Below, in pieces: positions 1-9,303 of a stretch of DNA of 64,000 nucleotides. Position numbers and translations under genes: made by a program. The DNA is from an uncultured Thermococci archaeon (GTDB lineage Archaea > Methanobacteriota_B > Thermococci > Methanofastidiosales > B48-G16). The notes beneath the pieces were generated by a model, which saw only the letters and a list, made by a program, of their open reading frames with translations, was not told where the DNA came from and ran no database searches. Position 1 is the first letter of the stretch. Every line of letters starts with the position of its first letter. The stretch is taken from the NCBI GenBank assembly GCA_964595645.1, contig CAZQQT010000001.1, positions 96,001 through 160,000 on the forward strand, written 5' to 3'.

Positions 1-1
1 T

Positions 2-418
2 CTTGACTGTGAAATAGCGCCAATTATCGATACTGTAAATCGGTCCGGTCTTCTTGGATTTCTCCGTTCTGGATGGAGTGCGAAGAGGGGGACCATGACT
101 GAAATCGAGGCGATGACCTACGATCCCTCCACGTACGATGTTGTCATTGTCGGTACCCCTGTGTGGGCCGGCACTGTCTCCACACCGGTGAGGACCTTTC
201 TCCATCAGTATAAAGATCGGTTACCCTCCGTAGCCCTCTTTGCCACTCATAAGAGTGAAGACGCCCAGGATGCATTTACTGAGATGAAAAAAGAATGTGA
301 GAAGAAACCTGTTGCGCTCCTCGGTCTCGGAGAAAAAGAGATAAAAAAGGATCAATGCTCTTACAAAGTAAGGGAGTTTGTGGACACGTTGGAGAACGAG
401 ATGCATGTCGAAATATGA
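2..418 (+). CDS. Flavodoxin family protein (5'-partial, runs off the window start)
   Basis: Frame is open from position 2 (LDCEIAPIIDT...); motifs YDVVIVGTPVWAG and VALFATH are typical of flavodoxins. Confidence 0.85.
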   Translation, partial: LDCEIAPIIDTVNRSGLLGFLRSGWSAKRGTMTEIEAMTYDPSTYDVVIVGTPVWAGTVSTPVRTFLHQYKDRLPSVALFATHKSEDAQDAFTEMKKECEKKPVALLGLGEKEIKKDQCSYKVREFVDTLENEMHVEI

Positions 419-450
419 GAGGGATCGTCTCCTGTTTTCGGAGTGAGATC

Positions 451-882
451 ATGGAAAGAAAAAAAATTCTCTTCATCTGCACCCATAACTCAGCGCGGTC
501 ACAGATGGCAGAGGGATTATTGAGAGTACGGTACGGTGATAGCTATAGAGCATACAGTGCAGGGATACAGGCGACAGAAGTACGACCAGAGGCCATTAAG
601 GTAATGAAAGAGATCGACATTGATATCTCAGATCACCGGAGCAAAAGCATCGAAGAATTCCAAAATACGACGTTTGATGTTGTTGTGACTGTCTGCGACC
701 ATGCGAATGAAACCTGCCCCTTCTTTCCAGGGAAAAGACACCTTCATAAGGGATTTCAGGATCCTAACGAGTGTACTGGGAACGAAGAGGAGAAACTCGA
801 ATGTTTTCGAAGGATCCGGAACGAGATCGAAGAGTGGATTGTCGCATTTTTCGGTAATAAAGACTATAAAGAGTCTATTTAA
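451..882 (+). CDS. arsC: Arsenate reductase, LMW-PTP/thioredoxin-coupled type
   Basis: ILFICTHNSARSQMAEG P-loop, VVTVCD...CP, DP motif; ATG at 451 after GGAGTGA. Confidence 0.9.
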   Translation: MERKKILFICTHNSARSQMAEGLLRVRYGDSYRAYSAGIQATEVRPEAIKVMKEIDIDISDHRSKSIEEFQNTTFDVVVTVCDHANETCPFFPGKRHLHKGFQDPNECTGNEEEKLECFRRIRNEIEEWIVAFFGNKDYKESI

Positions 883-915
883 ATGCGGTATTCAACGAAG
901 GAAATCGGAACAACG

Positions 916-1446
916 TTATGAGATCTTGTCGATCATTCGTTGTGAGAGATTGAGGTGGTCACGTTCTATTTCCACCAATGCTGTGAAAAACTCCACAAGT
1001 TCTGGCTCTACTGCTTCTGAGGCAAACTGTTTGTAGTGCTCTATCGCCCTATCTTCTCGTTCATGCGAATCTTTGTAGTTATCCAGCGCCTCTGAAGCAC
1101 ATTTTTCAAATTTTGGGATTTCTTTTTCGGGGACATCGATTAATTCTGCCAGCGCTTCTGCATGTTCTGCTTCTACTTTTCCCAATCGTTTAAAAATCGC
1201 TGCATCCTTTTCCGATTTAGTTTTTTTCGATGCACACTTATAAAATTTTGCGTTGTCTATCTCAAGATCTATCGCTTTCAAAATATTCTCTCTACTCTTT
1301 TCGCTGACGTTATCAGCTCTCAACCGCGTGTAATCTTCTATTTTTTTGATGTACTTTTCATGCGCTCCACAGTACGGACAGTTTTTTGGTTTGGTCTCAC
1401 CGAGGTACGTCTCTCCGCACACTTCACATCTAAACGGTTCAAACAT
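916..1446 (-). CDS. Rubrerythrin-like protein (N-terminal rubredoxin-like metal site plus ferritin-like domain)
   Basis: CEVC...CPYC followed by E..., EAEH, E..., ERDH di-iron motifs. Confidence 0.85.
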   Translation of the reverse strand: MFEPFRCEVCGETYLGETKPKNCPYCGAHEKYIKKIEDYTRLRADNVSEKSRENILKAIDLEIDNAKFYKCASKKTKSEKDAAIFKRLGKVEAEHAEALAELIDVPEKEIPKFEKCASEALDNYKDSHEREDRAIEHYKQFASEAVEPELVEFFTALVEIERDHLNLSQRMIDKIS

Positions 1447-1554
1447 ACTTATACTTCGCGATGAGGTATAAAAAGGTTAGTGCACAAGAGTCCATAACTG
1501 ACAATCCTCAGCATAACGCCGAGAGTTATACCTCTGAGGTCTTTTCAGGTTTTT

Positions 1555-1983
1555 CTATTCCTTAAATTTCTTTTTAAGAACTTTATAAGCTTCTTTCGGG
1601 CTATTGCAATCCCAAATCAGCTTTTCAATAGGGCATTGCCCATTTTTATTTCGGTTCATGATCATGGGTACTGTGGTGTCGGCCTCCGCATAAATGTCAT
1701 GTTCACGAAGTAGGTTGTATGCAGGCTGGCTCATCACAGGGCTGTACACCGCCGCAATATCTGCATACACACTAAGAAAGGCTACTGCTTTCCCCACGAT
1801 CTTATCTGCCACACTCGCTCCTTGTACCTTCAAATGCACTGCAGAGAAGAAGGGGGCAACTCCTCGTTCTGCTGATTTTGCAATAATTTTTTTATCGTTG
1901 ACGATAACGAACGTGAGCTTGTTTTCTGTCAATGCTTTCTTCGCATATTCCAGATCTGCATTATCCTGATTCAGAGTGTTCAT
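1555..1983 (-). CDS. DUF1893 family protein
   Basis: GASVADKIVGKAVA and NRNKNGQCPIE motifs. Confidence 0.8.
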   Translation of the reverse strand: MNTLNQDNADLEYAKKALTENKLTFVIVNDKKIIAKSAERGVAPFFSAVHLKVQGASVADKIVGKAVAFLSVYADIAAVYSPVMSQPAYNLLREHDIYAEADTTVPMIMNRNKNGQCPIEKLIWDCNSPKEAYKVLKKKFKE

Positions 1984-2179
1984 AAAATTTTCCTCTTGGA
2001 CTAGATATGAGTACGTCTATACACTTTGCTCTTTTATATCCTTATCTTTCGTGGACATAATTTCCTCCCCTAGTTACACTATACCTGATAATAAAAAAGA
2101 AATTTTTTTCTGTTAGAGAAGGTAGAAAAAAAATGCAAAAAGAAAAAAGCCGCGAGGTATTGTAACTAAATTTTAGAAT

Positions 2180-2245
2180 TTACATTTTTTGTTTCTTTCT
2201 TTTCATCTCGCGTTCTATTATGTATATCCATTCCATTCCTTCCAT
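2180..2245 (-). CDS. Putative 21-aa small protein MEGMEWIYIIEREMKRKKQKM
   Basis: ATG preceded by GAGGTGA SD that overlaps the upstream ORF's stop; no homology known to me. Confidence 0.35.
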   Translation of the reverse strand: MEGMEWIYIIEREMKRKKQKM

Positions 2246-2255
2246 TTTTCTCACC

Positions 2256-2342
2256 TCATATTTTATGATAGTACGTGATATTCCATTTCATATTCCCAAT
2301 CGTTTCAGTTTTTCTTGCATATCTCCTTTCATTTCCGTACAT
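2256..2342 (-). CDS. Putative 28-aa small protein MYGNERRYARKTETIGNMKWNITYYHKI
   Basis: ATG preceded by AGGTGAT SD at 4-nt spacing. Confidence 0.35.
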   Translation of the reverse strand: MYGNERRYARKTETIGNMKWNITYYHKI

Positions 2343-2412
2343 GAGTATCACCTACTGGATGGTGCATCGCATTTTTCACAACGTCTGATATTGTTTTCAT
2401 TCCAGTTTTACA

Positions 2413-2429
2413 TTAACATCTGATGTTAA
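2413..2429. promoter_or_regulatory. Perfect palindrome TTAACATC-T-GATGTTAA, putative operator
   Basis: 8-1-8 inverted repeat between divergent transcription units, just upstream of TATA-like TTTATAAA (2451-2458) of the wHTH gene. Confidence 0.55.
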
Positions 2430-2495
2430 CAATCACTGTGGATGGGAACATTTATAAAGCTTTCGGTTGTATGATACGTGGAAGGTGACGATCTC

Positions 2496-3083
2496 ATGAC
2501 AGAACAAACGATGGTGAAGGTCCTCAAGGATCCACAACAGAAGAAGCTCCTTGACAACCCAAACTATTCTCGCATTTTAAGTATCATGCGGGATCAAGAA
2601 CTCACCATAAAAGAGATTCACAAACAGTTTAACAAAAATTACGAGGACAAGAAAGCATTAATGTCTATATACAGATACATGCAAAAACTTGTAGCCAATG
2701 ACCTTGTTTTTGTGAGCAAGGAAAAGATAAAAAGAGGACATCTCATAGAAAGCTACTACTCACGAACTGCCAAATTTTTCCTTTTTGCAGATAAATTGAC
2801 AGATAAAAATATTCTTAATGCTACCATTGAGTTGTTTAAAAGTATCTATACTCTTAACGAAGAAAAGGAAAAGAAACTTCAGAAGTTACTATACGAACAC
2901 GGTGAAAATTCACGCCGGTACCATGAGACATTTTACGCAGAATTTGGGGGGAAAATACTCGAAATAGAAAAAAAATACGGGTTTAAAGTCATGAAAGAAG
3001 CAGCGTACGCTACGCATGAACTTACATATTTCAAAAAAAATCCCGAAGTACTTGATCGGCTCTTCAACATACTTGAAGAATGA
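2496..3083 (+). CDS. Winged-helix (ArsR-like) transcriptional regulator
   Basis: ILSIMRDQELTIKEIH...SIYRYMQKLVANDLV...ESYYSRTAK; GGTGA SD before ATG 2496. Confidence 0.8.
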   Translation: MTEQTMVKVLKDPQQKKLLDNPNYSRILSIMRDQELTIKEIHKQFNKNYEDKKALMSIYRYMQKLVANDLVFVSKEKIKRGHLIESYYSRTAKFFLFADKLTDKNILNATIELFKSIYTLNEEKEKKLQKLLYEHGENSRRYHETFYAEFGGKILEIEKKYGFKVMKEAAYATHELTYFKKNPEVLDRLFNILEE

Positions 3084-3131
3084 AAAACAGAGCAATCACA
3101 TACTTTAATAAAATGTCCGTTGAATATACTG

Positions 3132-4058
3132 CTACTCCTTTACCCAGTGCATAACAGCGTAGCCATCTATATATTCAGAGATAATACCTTTTTCAAGCAT
3201 TCGAGAGAAAATATTGAGGATTTTGTCATGTATCGTGTAATCTTTGGGAAGAAAAAGATTTATCATACAGTAGTCTTCTATTTTATGGAATGTGGAACTC
3301 GTGGGCAGGTGGGAAAATAATGTGGCGATATACCGTTCATACGGTGTACGGAAACAGAATGTATGGCTCGTGTATGATAAAGATCCTTCTGGGAAGTAGT
3401 ATGTTGAGATAGCACAGTATTTTTCCAATGTCTTTTTCCACGCGATGTATTTTCTCCAGCTGATCAATGACTCTTTTCTAAATTCATTGAATGACTTCCT
3501 CAAATTTTCCTTAAAATAGTGATAAAGTTTCCATTCTTCCTCATCCCACTGTGGAAACTGCGCTTTTTCTCCATAGGAAAATTTCTGTAGGTACTGTTCC
3601 GCCAGAAGCTCATTTATTGGCTCGAAACATTCCCTCCAGGATGTGTAGGGAACCTTCGGAGAAAAAACAACTCCTCTCTGCCCCTTTACTACGGCCTCCT
3701 TGTATCCTGGAATCTTCGAGAGCTTCATGGGTTCCGTGTATGTGAGCATAAAATCCCAGTTTCCCTGATAGATGCAAAGATACTCTACGCCTGGAACGTT
3801 TTGCAGTTCCTCAAATGCTTTATTTTTGTCGTCTACAAGAACCAATGCCGATTTTTTTTCCGGGTGATACTTTAATCTTATTGATGGATTCCAAATTACA
3901 TTTTCTTCTTCAGCTTTTCTTGCGTACCGATTGACAGTTGATATTGAGCGTTTTAAGGATTTTGCTATCTTTTTATCAGTTATCCATGGATTATCATACC
4001 TTTTATAGTATATTTGGTATTTGAGATGCATTTTCTCCTTTTTGGAGAGTCTTGTCAT
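3132..4058 (-). CDS. HTH-containing regulator, Lrp/AsnC-like duplicated architecture
   Basis: N-terminal HTH (ITDKKIAKSLKRSISTVNRYARK); second module starting WDEEEWKLYHYF; GGTGA SD before ATG 4058. Confidence 0.6.
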   Translation of the reverse strand: MTRLSKKEKMHLKYQIYYKRYDNPWITDKKIAKSLKRSISTVNRYARKAEEENVIWNPSIRLKYHPEKKSALVLVDDKNKAFEELQNVPGVEYLCIYQGNWDFMLTYTEPMKLSKIPGYKEAVVKGQRGVVFSPKVPYTSWRECFEPINELLAEQYLQKFSYGEKAQFPQWDEEEWKLYHYFKENLRKSFNEFRKESLISWRKYIAWKKTLEKYCAISTYYFPEGSLSYTSHTFCFRTPYERYIATLFSHLPTSSTFHKIEDYCMINLFLPKDYTIHDKILNIFSRMLEKGIISEYIDGYAVMHWVKE

Positions 4059-4177
4059 TTTTTTCACCGGTATGTATATAACACAGGAGGTAATTATATA
4101 CTGAAGTAGTAATCCCTACTCCTATATAAATGTTGGGAGGATGATAATTCGATAATAGGAATATAAATGATATAAAA

Positions 4178-4301
4178 ATGGCGATGGAGGATTGACTCAT
4201 TTTTGAAACCTCCGAAACCTTTTCAGTCCTTCATCGCCGTCTCCTTTTCTGCAGGACCGAATAAAAACTTCACGGTTAGATGAAGGGTTCGGAGAACCCT
4301 T
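4178..4301 (+). other. Structured intergenic RNA candidate (long hairpin plus second hairpin)
   Basis: 4178-4195 pairs with 4223-4240 (18 bp, all non-Watson-Crick pairs are G-U on the + strand); AAGGGTTC-GGA-GAACCCTT hairpin at 4283-4301. Confidence 0.4.
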
Positions 4302-4398
4302 AGAGATGAAATTTGTTTCTCTGCTCCAACTAGTTTGACCGTAGAAAAAAGAGCCACAGAAAGAAAAAATTTAAATATTATCCAACTGAAGGAGGAGT

Positions 4399-5004
4399 AT
4401 GGATTTGAGAATTATTGCAATAGTCTTTGTTATTATCAATATACTTATATATTCTTTTATAATCAAGAAACTACGGGAGAGAGGTGAGGAGGGTCTTTCT
4501 CTTTTTGGGAAATCGGATCGTGAAAAATCGAAAAAAAAATTACGGCCTGTCATGCCCGAGCCAGAAAGCAGTGCCACATGGAATGAGGACTTTGAAGAAG
4601 ATCTGGGAAAATTTGAAAAAGATATAGAAGAGGAAATAGGTAGGTACTGGGAGAAGGAACCGGAAGAGAGGCCGGAGAAGGAAGGAAGATTTGAGGAAGA
4701 AGAACCCCCCCAACGAGAAGAGAGTGAAGAGGATGTAAGGGCAAGAGTAACCGATGAGGAGAGACGAGTGAAATTACTTTGGAAAAATTATGTACAGAAA
4801 CTCGATAAATTTATAGAAAAGCTTGAAAAAGGAAATCCGAGCAAATACTTCGAGTATTATAAGGAATATGAGAATTTAGACAAATTCTATTCTCGGTTTG
4901 TATTTAACTTTGGGCTGTACCTCGATGAAATTGAAAAAAATAAGGCATCTGGAAGACTCGGGTACTGTTCCACCCTTCTTAAGGAGATGCTGAAGGAGAT
5001 GTGA
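4399..5004 (+). CDS. Hypothetical membrane-anchored protein (N-terminal TM, acidic linker, helical C-domain)
   Basis: GGAGGAG SD; hydrophobic N-terminus; E-rich middle. Confidence 0.75.
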   Translation: MDLRIIAIVFVIINILIYSFIIKKLRERGEEGLSLFGKSDREKSKKKLRPVMPEPESSATWNEDFEEDLGKFEKDIEEEIGRYWEKEPEERPEKEGRFEEEEPPQREESEEDVRARVTDEERRVKLLWKNYVQKLDKFIEKLEKGNPSKYFEYYKEYENLDKFYSRFVFNFGLYLDEIEKNKASGRLGYCSTLLKEMLKEM

Positions 5005-5040
5005 AAACCTTTATATACTACGTTTTCCTTATTTTCACCA

Positions 5041-5577
5041 ATGAAAACAGAATGCCCAAACTGCAAAACAGAGGTGAAGAAGGATTGGAATTTCTGTCCC
5101 CATTGTGGCGTAATGGTAAATACTTATAAGAGAGGGGAGGTTACCGCAGTGGACGATCTTGCGACACTGAACATTATGGAAACACCGAAGCAGGGTGGGA
5201 TAAGCATCTATGTCAACTCCCATAATTCGGAAAATCCCGAGGTGAGAGTTTCAGCCTTTGGAGATTTTAAAAAATATGAATCAGAATTAAAGCGTAGAAT
5301 GGGAGTTCTAGATAGTAAAAATGCTAAAAGGGATCCTGAAATTATAAAAGAGCCTGAATCTATACTGAAAAGAGACAAAAGAAAAATTACAGTGAAAGTG
5401 CGGGTTCCTGAGTTAAAAGAAGAGAATATTAAAGTGCGGAAGTATGAGAATTCTATAGAAATTAAAGGGTACGCTGGAAATAAGCTATATTACAGCTCTT
5501 TCGAGGTTCCCAATAACTCAGAAATAGTGAATAGGAGTCTCAACGAAGGCATTTTTACTTTAATTTTGAAAGTATAA
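5041..5577 (+). CDS. Zinc-ribbon plus Hsp20/alpha-crystallin-like domain protein
   Basis: CPNC...FCPHCG N-terminus; C-terminal VKVRVPELKEENIKVRKYENSIEIKG...EGIFTLILK. Confidence 0.75.
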   Translation: MKTECPNCKTEVKKDWNFCPHCGVMVNTYKRGEVTAVDDLATLNIMETPKQGGISIYVNSHNSENPEVRVSAFGDFKKYESELKRRMGVLDSKNAKRDPEIIKEPESILKRDKRKITVKVRVPELKEENIKVRKYENSIEIKGYAGNKLYYSSFEVPNNSEIVNRSLNEGIFTLILKV

Positions 5578-5630
5578 GTGCAAAAAATATTTAAACAGGA
5601 CTCACGTATATTTCTACGAAAGGTGTAATT

Positions 5631-7532
5631 ATGGCGTTGAAGGCCAAATCTATACTAAGAAAATTAAGAAAAAAGAAAAAATCTTCGAAGAAAGAATCCA
5701 AAAAATCTAGTTACGATAAATTTAAGGAGAAGAAGGAATACGATAAGATTAAAAAATATGCAGAAGAATACGGCCCCCTACCCGGTGAATCAAAGGAAAC
5801 AAGAATAAATATGGGCGATGGGAGAAAATCTGGAGAGTCAGAGGAGCCACAATCTTCCCAACGTGATTCCTCTCCTCGAGAAGAGAGTTCCCAGAAGCGG
5901 GTGCGTGCTGGAGATGCCACATTTGTTATTGAAGGCCCAGTAACCTTTGAGGGAGGTGTCATCCCCTCAATGGAGGAAGAAAAGAAGATTTTGAAAAAAG
6001 AAGACGATGTCCTGGCGATTCCGGACGAATGGAAAACAATGGATTATACCGGTCACGACGAACGGTATGCGCTCCAGGAAAACAAAAGTTTTGCACACAT
6101 CTACTGGGATAAGGAGAACGAAGTATTGCAGTATGATGTGATCGAGCCTAAAATGAGCAGTGATGAGGAGAAGTCCCTGATCAGAATTGAAGGGATCCTT
6201 GGCGAGGAACTGGAAGCGGATTTCCAGAAACTCGGTGAAAGTGAAGAGCTTGTAGCGTATATACGGACAAAAGTTAGGGAAGTCTGTAGTGAGCTGGGAA
6301 TCAAACTCTCGAAGGAGAGTTTCGAGAAGGTAATGTACTATATCACCAGAGATTATATCGGGCTAGGAAAAATTGAGCCCCTTCTTCACGATATTCACAT
6401 TGAGGATATCAGCTGTGACGGTACCGGAATTCCCGTCTACGTAGTGCACAATAAGTACGGCAGCTTGCCGACCAATATCTCCTTTAACTCTGATGATGAG
6501 CTGAACGGTCTCGTAATCAAAATGGCACAGCGATCGAACAGACATATCTCTGTATCCAGCCCCCTCCTCGATGGGAGACTTCCCGATGGAAGCCGAGTAC
6601 AGGCGACCTTTTCACGAGAAGTCACACAACACGGACCCACGTTCACGATACGAAAGTTCCAGACAGAACCCATGACCCCCACCATGCTCATCAACTACAA
6701 ATCATGTCCACCGCGACTCTTTGGCTACATGTGGCTCGCCCTTGAGCACTCGTATACTGCATCCACCCTTGTGTCAGGTGGTACTGCGACGGGAAAAACA
6801 TCAATGTTAAATGCGCTTTCTCTCTTTCTCCCATCCACCGCAAAAATTGTGACAATAGAGGACACGCAGGAGCTCAACCTCCCCCACGAACACTGGATCC
6901 CCTCAGTTACAAGAACGGGATTTGGTGGAATGGATGTGTCCGGAAAAAAACAGGGAGAGGTTACCATGTTCGAGCTGCTGAGGGCAGCACTTCGACAGCG
7001 GCCTGATTACCTTGTGGTGGGAGAGATCCGAGGTGAAGAGGCGAACGTGATGTTCACCGGTATGGCGACAGGCCACCCTGGAATGGGAACAATCCACGCC
7101 GATTCCATGGAAGCACTGATCAACAGGCTCACCACACGGCCGATAGAACTTTCACCTGCGCTACTGCAGTCTCTGAGCGTCGTCGTCCTTCTCACCCACG
7201 CAAAAAAAGGAGGAAAGACGATACGACGAACGAAGGAGATCATGGAGATCACCGGTGTCGATCTGAAGGCTGGAGAACCGATCTACCAGAAGGTGTTCGA
7301 ATGGAGCCCCTCCGAGGATACCTTTAAGTTCGTGGCGAGGGAATCAAATGTGGTGAAACGAATCGCGCTCTCCCGTGGAATGGAACAGGAAGAGGTATGG
7401 GAGGAAATCAACAGACGGAGCAAAGTGCTCACATGGATGGCATCGAATAATATTGTGCACTATAAAGATGTGGGCAGAATAATTCAGGCTTACTCACGAA
7501 ATCCAGATAAAATATTAGATAGAATAAAGTGA
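5631..7532 (+). CDS. Type II/IV secretion/pilus assembly ATPase (PilB/FlaI/VirB11 family)
   Basis: IEDISCDG, Walker A GGTATGKTS, TIEDTQE Asp box, LRQRPDYLVVGEIRGEEA, TGH...TIHA His box. Confidence 0.95.
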   Translation: MALKAKSILRKLRKKKKSSKKESKKSSYDKFKEKKEYDKIKKYAEEYGPLPGESKETRINMGDGRKSGESEEPQSSQRDSSPREESSQKRVRAGDATFVIEGPVTFEGGVIPSMEEEKKILKKEDDVLAIPDEWKTMDYTGHDERYALQENKSFAHIYWDKENEVLQYDVIEPKMSSDEEKSLIRIEGILGEELEADFQKLGESEELVAYIRTKVREVCSELGIKLSKESFEKVMYYITRDYIGLGKIEPLLHDIHIEDISCDGTGIPVYVVHNKYGSLPTNISFNSDDELNGLVIKMAQRSNRHISVSSPLLDGRLPDGSRVQATFSREVTQHGPTFTIRKFQTEPMTPTMLINYKSCPPRLFGYMWLALEHSYTASTLVSGGTATGKTSMLNALSLFLPSTAKIVTIEDTQELNLPHEHWIPSVTRTGFGGMDVSGKKQGEVTMFELLRAALRQRPDYLVVGEIRGEEANVMFTGMATGHPGMGTIHADSMEALINRLTTRPIELSPALLQSLSVVVLLTHAKKGGKTIRRTKEIMEITGVDLKAGEPIYQKVFEWSPSEDTFKFVARESNVVKRIALSRGMEQEEVWEEINRRSKVLTWMASNNIVHYKDVGRIIQAYSRNPDKILDRIK

Positions 7533-7536
7533 GCGT

Positions 7537-8436
7537 ATGGCGGATGAAAAAGGCACCCTTGTGAGGTATGGAAAGTTTTCCCACAGGCTGTTACATGGGT
7601 TTGTGCAACCGATGTTAAAGTACTTTGAAGACCTCTCTCCGTACTTACGGAAGGCCGATATCTCCATGAATCTCGGTGCGTATGTATCTGCAATGATAAT
7701 GAGCTCTCTCATTGTGTTTGGCGTGGTGTTTTTCCTCTTCGTCTTTTTTTATCCAATATTCTCAACAATTTCTATTTTTGAACAGGTTTCTTATTCAATG
7801 TTTACTGGTTTAGTATCTATTTTCTCTTTAATAGGAATTTTCTTCTTTTTTTGGCTCTACCCATCGTTTAAAACCTCTGAGCGGAAGAGAAAGATCGAAA
7901 ACGGGCTTCCCGCCGCAGTGGATACCATGGCGACGATTGCGAGTACTGGTGTGCCCCCCGCAGTGATCTTCTGGTCTCTCGTGGAGTACCGAAGACACGG
8001 AGAAATCTCGCGGGAAGCGGAGAAACTGTTGAACGATCTCGAGCTCTTCGGGCTCGATCTCGTCTCGGCACTTCAGCGGGCCGCCATGCGCTCTCCGTCC
8101 CCTTCATTGAGCGAGATGTTCTGGAAAATGATTGCCACTATACGAACGGGCGGTGATCTGAAGGAGTACCTCTACGTGGAGGGAACGAAGCTCAGAGAGC
8201 GACAGAGGAGACAGATAGAGGAGTCGATCGATACCCTCGGGATGGTGGCAGAGCTATATGTGACAGCGCTGGTACTCGGTCCTGTCTTTATCATTATTAT
8301 GGTGAGTATTATGGGGCTTATGGGCACAGGAACGGAGACGCTGACGATGCTTCTGCAGGCGCTCATCTATATAGGATTACCCGTAGGTTACGCACTGATC
8401 CTTATTATCATCGATCAGGTCCAGCCGGAGGTGTAA
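7537..8436 (+). CDS. Type II secretion system F / TadC-like membrane platform protein
   Basis: IENGLP...ASTG, GLDLVSALQRAAMRSPS, IRTGGDLKEYL; multiple TMs; follows the ATPase. Confidence 0.9.
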   Translation: MADEKGTLVRYGKFSHRLLHGFVQPMLKYFEDLSPYLRKADISMNLGAYVSAMIMSSLIVFGVVFFLFVFFYPIFSTISIFEQVSYSMFTGLVSIFSLIGIFFFFWLYPSFKTSERKRKIENGLPAAVDTMATIASTGVPPAVIFWSLVEYRRHGEISREAEKLLNDLELFGLDLVSALQRAAMRSPSPSLSEMFWKMIATIRTGGDLKEYLYVEGTKLRERQRRQIEESIDTLGMVAELYVTALVLGPVFIIIMVSIMGLMGTGTETLTMLLQALIYIGLPVGYALILIIIDQVQPEV

Positions 8437-8440
8437 GCTC

Positions 8441-9253
8441 ATGAACAAAATGAACTATGTGTTTTTTGGCGTCAGTGGAATTCTCGGTGTGATTGTGTTT
8501 CTTGTGGGATTCCTGTATTTTCGGGACTCGATGTTTTTCTCAGGGTTCCTGCTCGCGGCATTTTTCCTGATCTTCGGACCGTATCTTATCTACAAGTTCA
8601 GAGAGCAGGCATGGATATCAGAGATAGAGGATCAGTTCCCAGATTTCCTTCGAGCGCTGGCGGAGGCCCAGCGGGCGGGCATGACGCTCCCACAGGCCGT
8701 CTATATGGCACGAAGTGACGATTACGGAAGGTTGAGTCCGGAAATCAAGAAGATGGCTGCCCAGATTTCGTGGGGTCTTTCATTTAGCGATGTACTCTCA
8801 CAGTTTGCAGAGCGGTCCAAAAGTGGAAAGGTGCAGTCAACGGTCTCGCTCATTATCGTGGCGCACCATGCCGGTGGTGATATCGTCCAGATTCTCGAGG
8901 CGGCATCGGACTCTGCGAGAGAACGGCAATCCTTGGCAAAGGAACAGGCCTCACAGATGCAGCAGTATGTAGGTATTATCTATATGGCGTATTTTATCTT
9001 CATTGGTGTTGTGTACCTGATAAAAACGCAGTTTATTGAAGTGTTCGGTGATATCACGCTCCCCATGCAGTCAGAGCCGATTCCGGTGGATATATACAAT
9101 GAACTCTTTTTTGCAATGTTGCTTATCCAGGGAGGCCTCGGTGGACTGGTGGCTGGAAAGTTCTCCTCCGGATCTATCTTCGCCGGATTGAAACATAGTA
9201 TTCTCCTAATCATAGTTGGATATCTCGCATCTGTTTTTGTACTAGGGCTGTAG
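8441..9253 (+). CDS. Second T2SS-F / TadC-like membrane platform protein
   Basis: IEDQFPDFLRALAEAQRAGMTLPQA...YGRLSPEI...AGGD...GLKHS. Confidence 0.9.
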   Translation: MNKMNYVFFGVSGILGVIVFLVGFLYFRDSMFFSGFLLAAFFLIFGPYLIYKFREQAWISEIEDQFPDFLRALAEAQRAGMTLPQAVYMARSDDYGRLSPEIKKMAAQISWGLSFSDVLSQFAERSKSGKVQSTVSLIIVAHHAGGDIVQILEAASDSARERQSLAKEQASQMQQYVGIIYMAYFIFIGVVYLIKTQFIEVFGDITLPMQSEPIPVDIYNELFFAMLLIQGGLGGLVAGKFSSGSIFAGLKHSILLIIVGYLASVFVLGL

Positions 9254-9303
9254 AAATAATACCATGGAAAAGTTTAAAAGATTAGGAAACGCTAGTTAAT
9301 ATA

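Noticed and set aside
1506-1539. Small hairpin CCTCAG-ATAAC...GTTAT-CTGAGG between the DUF1893 and rubrerythrin genes
   Set aside because: The stem is short and interrupted; it may be a terminator but could arise by chance.
4003-4200. 65-aa minus-strand ORF with a GGAGG upstream
   Set aside because: It overlaps the regulator's start and promoter and has no recognisable features. It cannot be excluded but is not supported.
4180-4240. Fluoride riboswitch (starts GGCGATGG)
   Set aside because: The rest of the consensus is not present and no fluoride exporter gene follows.
5631-9253. Archaellum (flaI/flaJ) operon
   Set aside because: No archaellins, FlaH or FlaC-G are present, and the two short TadC-like genes fit a pilus-type system.
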